This document shows positions 41,102 to 51,009 of a DNA stretch of 64,000 nt, piece after piece. The stretch spans positions 832,001-896,000 of the forward strand of contig CAWDOD010000002.1 of NCBI GenBank assembly GCA_963803805.1, in the 5' to 3' direction. Position 1 is the stretch's first letter. Each line of letters starts with the position of its first letter. Source of the stretch: an uncultured cyanobacterium. Lineage in GTDB: Bacteria; Cyanobacteriota; Cyanobacteriia; Cyanobacteriales; CAWCAG01. The notes below the pieces were generated by a model, which was not told the DNA's origin, made no database searches, and saw nothing but the letters and a program-made list of their open reading frames with translations. The translations under genes were made by a program, and so were the position numbers.

Positions 41102-41115
41102 GTAACAACCGCTAC
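41102..41115 (+). promoter_or_regulatory. Putative NtcA box upstream of the 70-aa ORF
   Basis: GTAACAACCGCTAC matches GTA-N8-TAC. TAGAAT lies 18 nt downstream, which is non-canonical spacing. Confidence 0.5.
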
Positions 41116-41167
41116 TTTTTATTCTATTTGATGTAGAATGTACATAGATATAACTTAATTAATCATT

Positions 41168-41380
41168 ATGAACAGCCAAGATATTAACCACAACAATCCT
41201 TCTACTTTAAGTGCTTCCTCAGTTTCTAGTGATCATTCTGCTGTTAGCACAATTTTCTTAGTAGTTATTGCTTCCTTTATTTTCGGATTAATTCCTATTA
41301 TTGCCAGTTCCACCACCTCCGGAAACCAAAACGTCCCAGTTCTTGGCGAAGCTGGTGTTTGGAGTAGTTTAGGGAAATAA
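41168..41380 (+). CDS. Small single-TM hypothetical protein
   Basis: 70 aa with ATG start and one TM helix (AVSTIFLVVIASFIFGLIPIIA). Stop codon abuts the narB stop. Confidence 0.55.
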   Translation: MNSQDINHNNPSTLSASSVSSDHSAVSTIFLVVIASFIFGLIPIIASSTTSGNQNVPVLGEAGVWSSLGK

Positions 41381-43600
41381 TTAAGCTCTTAATTCCGTAG
41401 TAACTTGCTCTTTGAGATTAGCCCGATTATCGGCTTCATTCAACTCAGCAGTAACAGGTACAAGCTGCACAGCACAAGCTTTTAACTCAGGTTGGAGGGA
41501 AGAAGGACAGGCTTCTGAATGAGTTAGGGCATTGACTTCCGCATCATCTGCCCACAAAGCACCCCAGTGCATTGGTGCAAACACTGTACCAGGAGCAATT
41601 GCTTTGGTAACTATGCTGGGCAAACGACAAGTACCGCGACGGGATCGCACTAAGAGCCAATCTCCATCTTTGATACCAACTTTTTTGGCATCATGGGGAT
41701 GGATTTCTAAAAAAGGCTCAGAGTGCATCTTGACAATCTTTTCGATGCGCCCGGTACGGGTTTGGGTATGCCAGTGGCCGTAAACCCTACCTATAGTTAA
41801 GACAAAAGGATAACCATCATCAGGAGGTTCTGCTAAACCTCGCGAATGGAACGCTGCGAAAACGGCTCTTTTATCCGGGGTATTAAATTGGAAATCTGTA
41901 TAAAGTCTTTTCCCATGGTCATTAGGAACATTGGCATTTTCTTGACCTTCCGGACAAGGCCATTGGATTGGCCCTTCTTTTTGCAAGCGTTCGTAACTAA
42001 TTCCTGTGACATCACAAGGGCGATCGCGGGTTAGTTGGGTAAACTCGGCATAAACAGCAGCCGAATCCGCAAAATTAAACTCTTTGCTAAAACCTAAACG
42101 TCGCCCCACCTCCGCGAAAATCTCCCAATCTGCTTTTGCTTCCCCTGGACGGTAGCGAAATTCAGGGCAAAGGGTAACAACTCGTTCTGAGTTGGTCATA
42201 GTGCCTGTTTTTTCACTCCACTGAGCAGCAGGGAGTAGTAAGTGGGCATAGTCTGAGGTTTCTGTAGGATAATATGAATCTTGATAAACAGTGAAGGGAG
42301 ACTTTCTTAAAGCTGCTTGAGTTCTGCGGATATCCGGCATACTCACTGCTGGATTAGTCGCCGCAATCCATAATAAACTCACCTCCCCTCGTTCCAATCC
42401 AGTAATCATACTCCAAGCATCTTTACCAGGATAAGGAGAAATACTACCTGATTCCAGTCCCCAAGCCTGTTCTACTTCAGCGCGATGTTGGGGATTCTTA
42501 ACAACTCGATAACCCGGTAAAATATGGGCCAGTCCTCCGGCTTCCCTTCCTCCCATGGCATTAGGCTGCCCTGTAAGAGAAAAAGGTCCTGCCCCTGGCT
42601 TGCCAATATTACCAGTCATAAGATGAAGGTTAATAATAGTCCGTACCTTAGCCGTACCTTCAGAAGATTGGTTAATCCCCATCGACCACATGGAGAGAAC
42701 ACGTTGAGAATTAGCCCAATAACGGGCGGCTTGTTCTAACTCATCCAGGCGAATGCCACACCTGCGGGCTACTAATTCTGGTGGGTAATAGGGAATAATT
42801 TCTGCATAGGCAGCGAAGTCTTTGGTACAGCTATCAATAAAAAGGGTATCCAATTTACCCCAACCCATCAAAAGATGAGCAATACCATTAAGTAAGTCAA
42901 TATCTGTGCCTGGTTTAATAGCTAAGTGCAAATCCGCAACTTCTGCTGTTGGGGTTTTGCGGGGATCAACCACAATCATTTTCACATGGCGATTTTTTTT
43001 GTGATGCTTCCGCAAGCGATTAAAAACGATGGGGTGACATTCTGCGGTGTTCGTACCAATCAAAAAAGCACAATCGGTTTCTTCTAGGTCATCGTAACAA
43101 CAAGGGGGGCCATCGGAACCAAAACTTTGACTATAACCAGCCACTGCTGAGGACATACAAAGACGGGAGTTGGCATCAAAGTTGTTAGTGCCAAGACAAC
43201 CTTTAAGCAGTTTTTGGGCAGTATAATAATCTTCGGTTTGAAATTGTCCAGAACCATACATACAAATAGCTTCCGGACTTTGAGTAAGGCGAATATTTTT
43301 GATTTTCTCTACTATATGTTCAAAAGCTTCTTCCCAACTCACGCGGCGAAATGGTTCAGTTAAAGACTCCCGGAACATGGGATATTTAAGACGGTCTTTA
43401 TCTAAGGATTCAGCAATGGTTGCTCCCTTGACACAAACTTGTCCTTTACTAGAAGGATGCTCGCGATCGCCCCTCACTCTCCAGAGCGGATTTCCTTGGC
43501 TATCGCGATTTGTCGGACGACCAGGAATTGCAGGAGGAGAAACTTCCAGCCCACAACCAACGCCACAGTAAGGACAAAGAGTTTTTGCTGAATCGGTCAT
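41381..43600 (-). CDS. narB: Ferredoxin-nitrate reductase
   Basis: CPYCGVGCG 4Fe-4S motif, [19 protein letters not shown] and QPELKAC. Confidence 0.97.
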   Translation of the reverse strand: MTDSAKTLCPYCGVGCGLEVSPPAIPGRPTNRDSQGNPLWRVRGDREHPSSKGQVCVKGATIAESLDKDRLKYPMFRESLTEPFRRVSWEEAFEHIVEKIKNIRLTQSPEAICMYGSGQFQTEDYYTAQKLLKGCLGTNNFDANSRLCMSSAVAGYSQSFGSDGPPCCYDDLEETDCAFLIGTNTAECHPIVFNRLRKHHKKNRHVKMIVVDPRKTPTAEVADLHLAIKPGTDIDLLNGIAHLLMGWGKLDTLFIDSCTKDFAAYAEIIPYYPPELVARRCGIRLDELEQAARYWANSQRVLSMWSMGINQSSEGTAKVRTIINLHLMTGNIGKPGAGPFSLTGQPNAMGGREAGGLAHILPGYRVVKNPQHRAEVEQAWGLESGSISPYPGKDAWSMITGLERGEVSLLWIAATNPAVSMPDIRRTQAALRKSPFTVYQDSYYPTETSDYAHLLLPAAQWSEKTGTMTNSERVVTLCPEFRYRPGEAKADWEIFAEVGRRLGFSKEFNFADSAAVYAEFTQLTRDRPCDVTGISYERLQKEGPIQWPCPEGQENANVPNDHGKRLYTDFQFNTPDKRAVFAAFHSRGLAEPPDDGYPFVLTIGRVYGHWHTQTRTGRIEKIVKMHSEPFLEIHPHDAKKVGIKDGDWLLVRSRRGTCRLPSIVTKAIAPGTVFAPMHWGALWADDAEVNALTHSEACPSSLQPELKACAVQLVPVTAELNEADNRANLKEQVTTELRA

Positions 43601-43684
43601 TGCTTCCTGGTTTAATAACTTGATTACTTTTAAGCGGTGTATATAAAAAAATAAATTTGTTAACTGGGATTGAGAGTGAAGTTA

Positions 43685-43710
43685 GGGCAATCTACAATTT
43701 AAGATTGCCC
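43685..43710 (-). terminator. Stem-loop between nrtP and narB (terminator or mRNA-stabilising hairpin)
   Basis: GGGCAATCT-N8-AGATTGCCC with no strong T-tract. Confidence 0.5.
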
Positions 43711-43743
43711 CGTCCTTCTTTTTCATGCTTTTACCAAAAGCGA

Positions 43744-45258
43744 TTAGTTCACAACTTCTCTGGTTTCCACAATAGGTTCTTCTGAGTGAGCATCTTCCCC
43801 TTCATGGAAATCGGCAAAGGAACCTTTGGGTTCTTTGAGAACAAAGAAACATAGGAAGCCCACTATCACAGCCACAACTCCTAATACTTGGAAGAAGATA
43901 CGGTTGCCCACGTCTCCTTCAGGTAACAAACTGTACATGGTTAAGTAAGCTACTGCACCAACGTTACCGTAAGCACCAACATTACCAGCAATTTGTCCAG
44001 TAACCCTACGCTTAATCAAAGGAACCATTGCAAAGGTAGAACCTTCACCAGCTTGGACGAAGAAAGAACAAGCCATAACTAGTAATACAGCAGCAGGAAG
44101 CCACCAACCTCCAGTTACGGTACTGAAAATAAGATAGCTAACACCCATACAGAAGGTAAGTACCCCCATGGTTAATTTACGGCTACCCAGTTTGTCAGAG
44201 ATTAAACCACCACCAGGACGGGACACTAGGTTCATGAAAGCGTAACTAGCGGCAATCATACCTGCAGCTTGCTTTTCTAAGCCAAAGGTTACTTCAAAAA
44301 ATGCAGGTAGCATAGAAACTACTGCTAGTTCAGAACCAAAGTTAACAACGTAGGTAAGTTCGAGAATAGCAACTTGAGCGAAGTTATAGCGTTCTTCCGG
44401 GGCGTAGCGTTTCCTGCCTGTCATTAAGTCTTTGTTAACTACCCAGCAGTTGTAAGCTTGGAACAGATACAAAGCAACTAAACAAGCCCAGGTAATATAC
44501 ATTGCTTGGATTGTAAAGAAACCCACTTTGTTTAAGCGCCAAGCTAAAAGACCAAGAATCAGGGAAAGGGGCGCATTCATTAAAAGTAAGAACCAGAAGT
44601 CACCTTTGCTAGTTACTTCGATTCCTCTAGCACTAGCAGGACGCTGATAAACTTTGCCGGGAGGAGTATTTTGAACACTAAAGTAGTAAATTACGCCGTA
44701 TACAGCAGCAATGATACCTGTTAAAGCGATAGTTAAGCGCCAGTTGAGAACATCGCCACCACCAAAAGTTAGTAAAGCAGCAATGGTAGGTAGGGTGAAA
44801 GCTGATGCTGCGGAACCAAAGTTACCCCAACCACCGTAAATACCTTCTGCTAAGCCAATTTCTTTAGGAGGAAACCACTCTGCTGTCATGCGGATGCCGA
44901 TTACAAAACCACCACCAACAATACTCAGGGCTAAACGACTGGCTACTAGCTGTCCGAAGTCTTGCGCTGAAGCAAAAGCTAGACAAGGAATAGCTGCATA
45001 GATTAGTAGGCAAGTGAAAGTAATTCTTGGTCCGAATCTATCTAACAGCATCCCAATGATAATTCGGGCAGGAACTGTTAGAGCAACGTTACAAATTGCT
45101 AGGGTTCTAATTTGCCCTTCATCTAAGCCAAAATCTGCCTTAATTGCTGTGGCTAGAGGAGCTAAGTTAAACCAGATTACAAAGGTTAGGAAAAAGGCAA
45201 ACCAGGTCATGTGGAGGATTTTATATCTACCTCGGAACGACCACATTTCTTTGAGCAT
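43744..45258 (-). CDS. nrtP: MFS nitrate/nitrite transporter NrtP (NapA)
   Basis: TWFAFFLTF, nitrate signature AEGIYGGWGNFGS, FGSELAVVS and GAYGNVG. Lies between nirA and narB. Confidence 0.95.
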   Translation of the reverse strand: MLKEMWSFRGRYKILHMTWFAFFLTFVIWFNLAPLATAIKADFGLDEGQIRTLAICNVALTVPARIIIGMLLDRFGPRITFTCLLIYAAIPCLAFASAQDFGQLVASRLALSIVGGGFVIGIRMTAEWFPPKEIGLAEGIYGGWGNFGSAASAFTLPTIAALLTFGGGDVLNWRLTIALTGIIAAVYGVIYYFSVQNTPPGKVYQRPASARGIEVTSKGDFWFLLLMNAPLSLILGLLAWRLNKVGFFTIQAMYITWACLVALYLFQAYNCWVVNKDLMTGRKRYAPEERYNFAQVAILELTYVVNFGSELAVVSMLPAFFEVTFGLEKQAAGMIAASYAFMNLVSRPGGGLISDKLGSRKLTMGVLTFCMGVSYLIFSTVTGGWWLPAAVLLVMACSFFVQAGEGSTFAMVPLIKRRVTGQIAGNVGAYGNVGAVAYLTMYSLLPEGDVGNRIFFQVLGVVAVIVGFLCFFVLKEPKGSFADFHEGEDAHSEEPIVETREVVN

Positions 45259-45775
45259 TTTTTACTTCCTTTCAATGGAGGGGACAACAATAAAAGACTT
45301 CAACTTTAAAAAGCAGTATGCACTCTCGTTAGTTAAGGTTAAAAAAACATTTTTGATGTTCGCTTAACCCAGGAATAAAATCATTCAGGAAAGTCAACAT
45401 ATTCAGGGGGTTTGATGATGTTTCTCTTATCTAGTCTTAACTTTGTTAAGCAAAGAGAACTTTAAAAATCCAGTTCTTCTTTAGCTAGTCAAGTTAATTA
45501 AGATTTTTTGTTGTACTAGGTAAGAACATTGAAATTGATGCAATATAGCTACATATAATTAACCCTATTAAGTTTTGTTTTAGTATTCTTCGTAACAAAA
45601 AAACAAATTAAATTCGCTTTTTTCATAATGTTATACCTCAAAAGCATTAACGAATTTGTAAGCAAAACTGGCACAAAGTTACCATTGGTTAATAGTTTGT
45701 AGTTAACCAACCAAAAAAATAGATGAGCAAGACAATATCCTTCTTTTATAAAAAGGAGACAAATAGCTAAATCAT

Positions 45776-47317
45776 TTAACTTTGTCGAGGTTTAGCACCA
45801 AAATCTTTAATTAACAAATTGCGTAGAAATTCTGGCAAATCATCACAAGCAATGCCCTTTTGAACACAGTTACCAAGGTGCGCATCTTTGCCTACTTTTC
45901 CTCCCATATAAAGATCAACTCCTTCTGTGGTTTTGCCATCTTTGCGTACTTTAGTTCCCATTAAGCCGATATCGGCAACCTGGGGTTGTCCACAGGAATT
46001 AGGACACCCTGTCCAGTGGATACGTACCCTTTCTGGTATTTCCAACTCTGCTTCTAATTCACGAATCATCTTCAAAGCGCGATTTTTGGTTTCAATTAAA
46101 GCAAAGTTGCAAAACTCCGCCCCAGTGCAGGAAACTAGCGATCGCTCCAAAATGTTAGGGGCAATGGTGAATTTTTGCAAAAGAGGTTCTGCCAAAAACG
46201 CATCTAAGTTAGCATCATTGATGTTAGGAATAATTACGTTTTGTTCCACGGTAAAGCGCACTTCGCTGCTGCCATACACCTCTGCTAACCGCGCTAAATC
46301 AAACATTTCCTGGGCAGCTAATTTACCGACAGGAACATACAAACCAACGTAGTTTAACTCTGGTTGTTTTTGGGGATAAACCCCAATGTGGTCAAGTTTA
46401 TCCCAGTCTATAGCATCTTCTAGGGCTTCTGAGGCTAAGGGACGACCAAACTCTTTTTCCACCTCATCCCGGAATTTAGCAATGCCCCATTCATCAATCA
46501 GCCACATCATGCGAGATTTTTGGCGATTAGCCCGTGAACCATTATCTCGGTAAACTTTCAAAATCGCTAAAGAAAGATCAACAACATCTTTAGCTTGAGG
46601 AGGAACCCAAGCATGAAGAGGGATTGCAGCTTCACAACGCTTAGCAGAGAAAAACCCTCCCACAACCACATTAAAACCTAATTCCCCATCTTTGTAGGCA
46701 GGAACAAAAGCAATGTCATTAATTTCAGCATGAACTGAGTTATCCCTTCCTCCCTCAATAGCAATGTTAAATTTGCGAGGTAGATTGGTAAATTCATAGT
46801 TGCCCTCACCGCTATTAGTGATGGCATCTTGAACTTTTTGCACTAACTCCCTGGTATCAATCAATTCATTAGCATCAATACCCGCAACGGGGGAACCTGT
46901 GATGTTACGGACATTATCCATACCAGATTGCATAGAAGTCAAACCCACCTCATCAAAGCGGCGGAAAATATCAGGAATATCTTCTAGGTGTACTCCCCTT
47001 AGTTGCAGGTTTTGTCTGGTGGTAATATCGGCGCTACCGTCTTCTCCATAGCGCTGGACAATCTCCGCTAATACTCGCAACTGGGTACTATTAAGAATGC
47101 CATTGGGGGTACGCATCCGCAACATAAACTTGCCAGGAGTTACGGGACGATGAAATACTCCTACCCACTTGAGTCGATGTTGTAAGTCATCTGCTTCAAC
47201 AGCTTCCCAGCCTATTTGGGCAAGATGTTCTAGTTCATTTTTAATATCTAAGCCATCTTTTTGGGCTTTAAATTTTTCAAATTTGTTTAATTTAGCTGGC
47301 TTGGTAGCACTAGTCAT
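45776..47317 (-). CDS. nirA: Ferredoxin-nitrite reductase
   Basis: TTRQNLQLRG, NLPRKFN, SCTGAEFC and TGCPNSCG siroheme/4Fe-4S motifs. Confidence 0.98.
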   Translation of the reverse strand: MTSATKPAKLNKFEKFKAQKDGLDIKNELEHLAQIGWEAVEADDLQHRLKWVGVFHRPVTPGKFMLRMRTPNGILNSTQLRVLAEIVQRYGEDGSADITTRQNLQLRGVHLEDIPDIFRRFDEVGLTSMQSGMDNVRNITGSPVAGIDANELIDTRELVQKVQDAITNSGEGNYEFTNLPRKFNIAIEGGRDNSVHAEINDIAFVPAYKDGELGFNVVVGGFFSAKRCEAAIPLHAWVPPQAKDVVDLSLAILKVYRDNGSRANRQKSRMMWLIDEWGIAKFRDEVEKEFGRPLASEALEDAIDWDKLDHIGVYPQKQPELNYVGLYVPVGKLAAQEMFDLARLAEVYGSSEVRFTVEQNVIIPNINDANLDAFLAEPLLQKFTIAPNILERSLVSCTGAEFCNFALIETKNRALKMIRELEAELEIPERVRIHWTGCPNSCGQPQVADIGLMGTKVRKDGKTTEGVDLYMGGKVGKDAHLGNCVQKGIACDDLPEFLRNLLIKDFGAKPRQS

Positions 47318-47475
47318 ATATTTCCCTTCTTAAAAGATTGCTCTATTGCCACTGATTTAGTTTAAAGATACAGCCCCATGGATATTTAAAGTGTTTTCCC
47401 TTAGTCTGTACAACAGTTTAATAATGCAAGCTGCTTTCTTTCGGTAAAAAAAACTACTTTTCATGGTTTCTGTTT

Positions 47476-47517
47476 AAGTTATTAGTATTTAGTTAGATAA
47501 AATGTATAGCCTTATAC
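47476..47517 (-). promoter_or_regulatory. Canonical NtcA-activated promoter of nirA
   Basis: GTA-N8-TAC at 47504-47517, then exactly 22 nt, then -10 box TAACTT (47481-47476 on the minus strand). Confidence 0.88.
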
Positions 47518-47553
47518 TTTATGTTCTTTAAAATTCGTTTTACCAATAATAAA

Positions 47554-47568
47554 ATGCAATTAGTGCAT
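47554..47568. promoter_or_regulatory. NtcB (LysR-type) binding site
   Basis: ATGCAATTAGTGCAT = ATGC-N7-GCAT, centred ~92 nt upstream of the predicted nirA transcription start. Confidence 0.8.
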
Positions 47569-47578
47569 AAAAGTTAGA

Positions 47579-47703
47579 TATAGCGATTCTCCAATTCATG
47601 AGGTACATTTGGTCGATTTCCATATTTCTACCAACCACTAGCTAATAGCTAATAGCAAAAACCAGAATCTATGGTGTACCTCACAAGTTGTAGAATTGCT
47701 ATA
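47579..47703. mobile_element. ~125-bp MITE-like element with long imperfect terminal inverted repeats
   Basis: TATAGCGATTCTCCAATTCATGAGGTACA ... TGTACCTCACAAGTTGTAGAATTGCTATA, with TA at both ends and no ORF. Confidence 0.6.
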
Positions 47704-47756
47704 TCTAAATAAAGTATTTTCGTGACGATCGCTATTTTACGATCCACCTTGCTTCT

Positions 47757-47798
47757 ACCATTAGCCACTAGCAACTAGCCATTAGCCATTAGCCATTA
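47757..47798. repeat. Heptamer short tandem repeats (CCATTAG-type, STRR-like)
   Basis: ccattagccactagcaactagccattagccattagccatta. Similar heptamer arrays occur at ~10116-10139, 39789-39813, 49743-49779 and 59417-59447. Confidence 0.75.
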
Positions 47799-47961
47799 AA
47801 ATGCTTCTTCCCAAAAGCACTACCCAAGTTTATCGAGATCTGGCTTGAGCCGATAGTCAATGATTGCTAACCTATTTCTCAATTTTTTGAAGAGATTATC
47901 ATACCAGATCCGACCTCCACAGAGCCTCTAAAATTATTGTATTTGAGGGATAAATCCTGTT

Positions 47962-48135
47962 TTATTGAGAATCTCCTAAAGAAATATCTTCTTCTAAAGG
48001 ATTTTCTAATTCGTCCCCTAAGAGTAAAGACATTTGTTCCAAAATTTCCTTGTCTTCTTCATTTAGGTCATCTTGTTGAGGATTGTGGGCAATGATGGGA
48101 AGATTCACTTCATATAAGACTTTGGTCAATGACAT
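47962..48135 (-). CDS. Possible 57-aa acidic small protein (below the ORF-track cutoff)
   Basis: Manual translation: MSLTKVLYEVNLPIIAHNPQQDDLNEEDKEILEQMSLLLGDELENPLEEDISLGDSQ, with a purine-rich GAGAAAAAAACC before the ATG. Confidence 0.45.
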   Translation of the reverse strand: MSLTKVLYEVNLPIIAHNPQQDDLNEEDKEILEQMSLLLGDELENPLEEDISLGDSQ

Positions 48136-48345
48136 GGTTTTTTCTCGTACTTACTTAGGTTTTTATATTCTCAGAGATTTTTATCCTTAATTCATTGACC
48201 TAAATCAGGAAAAAAGTGTGAATATCCTCAGTAAGGATGATGATGCAGGTGAAGTGATTTTGGCGATCGCCATACTACTTTAGTAGGATCTAAGTCACAA
48301 TAGCAGAGAGCGGGGAGTAGGGAGCAGGATTTCTCCTAAGTGAGC

Positions 48346-48374
48346 AAAAAAATAGGGACGCAATAGTGTCCCTA
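48346..48374 (-). terminator. Intrinsic terminator after chlP
   Basis: TAGGGAC-N8-GTCCCTA stem followed by T7 on the minus strand. Confidence 0.7.
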
Positions 48375-48399
48375 CTTTCCCAATCAATTAATGTTACAT

Positions 48400-49620
48400 T
48401 TACGGCGCTAAAGCATTACCCCGCAACAGGCTACCGATGGTTTTAGCGGTAATCTTCATTTGAATTAAAGGATTAGCAGGAACTACGGTTTTGTAGAGGT
48501 AGCTATCAAAAGTGAGTTTTTGGACATCTTCATCTGCACACATTTCCACAAAAGCTTCTCTAGTAGCATCGGAACGGTAAAAGACTCTTTGCAGGATATC
48601 TAGTACCTTATAAGTAATGCCATACTTCTTATCCCAACGCTTAAGATAGAGTTTTAAATCCGCTTCGGTAGGAATGGTAGCACCATTGTTAGAAGTTTCC
48701 ACAATGGTTTCGGCACACATCCGGGCTGATTTGGCTGCGAAATAAATACCTTCACCAGAAGATTTGGTAACTGTACCAGCCGCATCTCCTACCAAAGCAA
48801 CTCTACCCTGTACTCTCCGGGGTCTAGGATGCTCAGGAATGGGATGAGCCTCTACTTTGATGATTTCTCCCCCAGCTAACCTCTTAGCAGCACGGGCGCG
48901 GATACCAGCCTGAAGCTTTTTGATATCTGCTTTGTTGGCCTTCATTGTACCTGTACCGACAGCCACATGGTCATATTTGGGGAAAACCCAGGCATAGAAG
49001 TCAGTAGAGACATCATCCCCTACATACATTTCTGCTAGGTTATGGTAATAAGCCATTTTATCTTCTGGCAAGCGAATCCTTTCTTGGAAAGCGATCGCAT
49101 AATTATAATCCCCAGCATCAATGGCTTTGGCGATGCGAGAATTAGCCCCATCTGCCCCAATTACCACATCTGCCTTTAAGGTTTTCATTACCCCCATTTT
49201 GCTACCATTGGAGTGGTCTGCATAGTGGAGAGTATAAGGCTGTTTATCGGAAGAAGGAATATCTAGCTTATAAACAGTACCGTTGATTAAATTCGCCCCT
49301 AACTTAGCGGCGCGATCGCGCATGAAGCCATCTAAGACTTCCCGGCGACACATACCAATATATTCACCTTCGTTTTTAATATTGATATCAACCTCGACAT
49401 TAGATGGCGAGATCATTTTCATATTTCTGACCTTACGGTCAATAATTTTTTCTGGTAAATCAAATTCGCTCACCATACAAAGGGGAATTGCCCCTCCGCA
49501 AGGCTTCGCGTTATCTAGCTTACGCTCAAATAAATAAGTTTCAATACCCGCTTTTGCCAGGATTTCAGCAGCCGAAGAACCAGCCGGTCCTGAACCAACA
49601 ACAGCAACCCTTAATACCAA
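48400..49620 (-). CDS. chlP: Geranylgeranyl reductase (TTG start at 49620)
   Basis: LRVAVVGSGPAG, NAKPCGGAIP, GADGANS and GDAAGTVTKSSGEGIYFA. An AGGAG RBS precedes TTG 49620, giving 406 aa. Confidence 0.97.
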   Translation of the reverse strand: MVLRVAVVGSGPAGSSAAEILAKAGIETYLFERKLDNAKPCGGAIPLCMVSEFDLPEKIIDRKVRNMKMISPSNVEVDINIKNEGEYIGMCRREVLDGFMRDRAAKLGANLINGTVYKLDIPSSDKQPYTLHYADHSNGSKMGVMKTLKADVVIGADGANSRIAKAIDAGDYNYAIAFQERIRLPEDKMAYYHNLAEMYVGDDVSTDFYAWVFPKYDHVAVGTGTMKANKADIKKLQAGIRARAAKRLAGGEIIKVEAHPIPEHPRPRRVQGRVALVGDAAGTVTKSSGEGIYFAAKSARMCAETIVETSNNGATIPTEADLKLYLKRWDKKYGITYKVLDILQRVFYRSDATREAFVEMCADEDVQKLTFDSYLYKTVVPANPLIQMKITAKTIGSLLRGNALAP

Positions 49621-49847
49621 GGTTTTTCTCCTTTTCGCTTCTTTAGCTACGAAGAGCATCCTATCACGAGGATTTCGTCTTGGAGCGCTTCGGCTCAAGT
49701 TGCAATAGAGCTTAACAACAGTGGTAATAATACTTAATGTTTGCTAACGGCTAACGGCTAATTGCTAATGGCTAATTGGTAGACCTTAATGATTCCTACA
49801 TATGCTAGGCTAGCTGGGATTAATAGTGCTTGTGGGGGAGTGAGATT

Positions 49848-50903
49848 ATGGCTAAATTAAAGGTGGGTTTGTTGTTTGGTGGTTGTTCTGGTGAACATGA
49901 AGTCTCTCTTAGTTCTGCTGCTGCGATCGCCAACGCTTTGAGGGCTGGGGAAAATGCTGCTAAATATGAAGTATTGCCCTTTTATATTCAAAAAGATGGT
50001 ATTTGGCAAGCTGGGGAAATCCCTCAAAAAGTACTAGACTCAGGGGAAGCTATTCAGGAAAAAGGGGGCAATCTTTGGAGTTTTCCTCCCCAAGCAGCAG
50101 AAGTTGAAGTTTGGTTTCCTATACTTCATGGCCCCAATGGGGAAGATGGCACAATTCAGGGCTTACTTACCCTCATGCAGGTTCCTTTTGTGGGTAGTAA
50201 CGTTTTGGGATCGGCGGTGGGCATGGATAAGCTGGCTATGAAGTCTGCTTTCTCTACTTTAGGACTTCCCCAAGTTAAATATATGGCAGTTTCCCGTGAG
50301 GAAGTTTGGTCAAATCCCTGTGTATTTCCCAAAGTTTGTGATGAAATAGAAGAAAAATTAGGTTATCCCTGCTTTATTAAACCAGCTAACTTAGGTTCTT
50401 CTGTGGGTATCGCCAAAGCGAAAACCCGCAGTGAATTAGAAGCAGCCTTAGATAGTGCCGCTAGCTACGACCGACGCATTATAGTAGAAGCTGGGGTAGA
50501 AGCGAGGGAAATAGAATGTGCGGTTTTGGGTAACGATACTCCCCAGGCTTCTGTGTTGGGAGAAATCTGCTTCACCAGCGAGTTTTATGATTATGAAACT
50601 AAATACACCGCAGGCAAAGCAGATTTAAAAATTCCGGCCCCAGTTTCTCCAGAAATCACCACAAAAATTCAAGAAATGGCGATAGAAGCTTTTCTAGCTA
50701 TTGGTTGTGCAGGATTAACGAGAGTTGATTTCTTTTATGTAGAAAAAACTGGGGAAATTTTTATTAATGAAGTCAACACTCTTCCTGGCTTCACGGCTAC
50801 TAGTATGTATCCCCAACTTTGGGAAGCAACAGGTGTTCCTTTCCCAGAATTAGTTGATAGGTTGATTAAGTTAGCTTTAGAGCGTAAGAAAGTTAAATCA
50901 TAA
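49848..50903 (+). CDS. ddl: D-alanine--D-alanine ligase
   Basis: [38 protein letters not shown] and NEVNTLPG motifs. Confidence 0.98.
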   Translation: MAKLKVGLLFGGCSGEHEVSLSSAAAIANALRAGENAAKYEVLPFYIQKDGIWQAGEIPQKVLDSGEAIQEKGGNLWSFPPQAAEVEVWFPILHGPNGEDGTIQGLLTLMQVPFVGSNVLGSAVGMDKLAMKSAFSTLGLPQVKYMAVSREEVWSNPCVFPKVCDEIEEKLGYPCFIKPANLGSSVGIAKAKTRSELEAALDSAASYDRRIIVEAGVEAREIECAVLGNDTPQASVLGEICFTSEFYDYETKYTAGKADLKIPAPVSPEITTKIQEMAIEAFLAIGCAGLTRVDFFYVEKTGEIFINEVNTLPGFTATSMYPQLWEATGVPFPELVDRLIKLALERKKVKS

Positions 50904-50952
50904 GCCACAGTATAATCTAGTAGTTAGGTTGTTCCACATGAACCTATCCCCG

Positions 50953-50982
50953 TAATCAAGGTTTTTAGCAAAACCTTGATTA
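50953..50982. terminator. Bidirectional terminator between convergent ddl and the adhesin gene
   Basis: TAATCAAGGTTTT-TAGC-AAAACCTTGATTA, a 13-bp stem. Confidence 0.75.
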
Positions 50983-51009
50983 TTTTGAGAGCTAGAAACC
51001 AGGATGGTA

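Noticed and set aside
45535-45556. NtcA or NtcB site ATGCAATATAGCTACA upstream of nrtP
   Set aside because: Spacing and half-sites fit neither GTA-N8-TAC nor ATGC-N7-GCAT.
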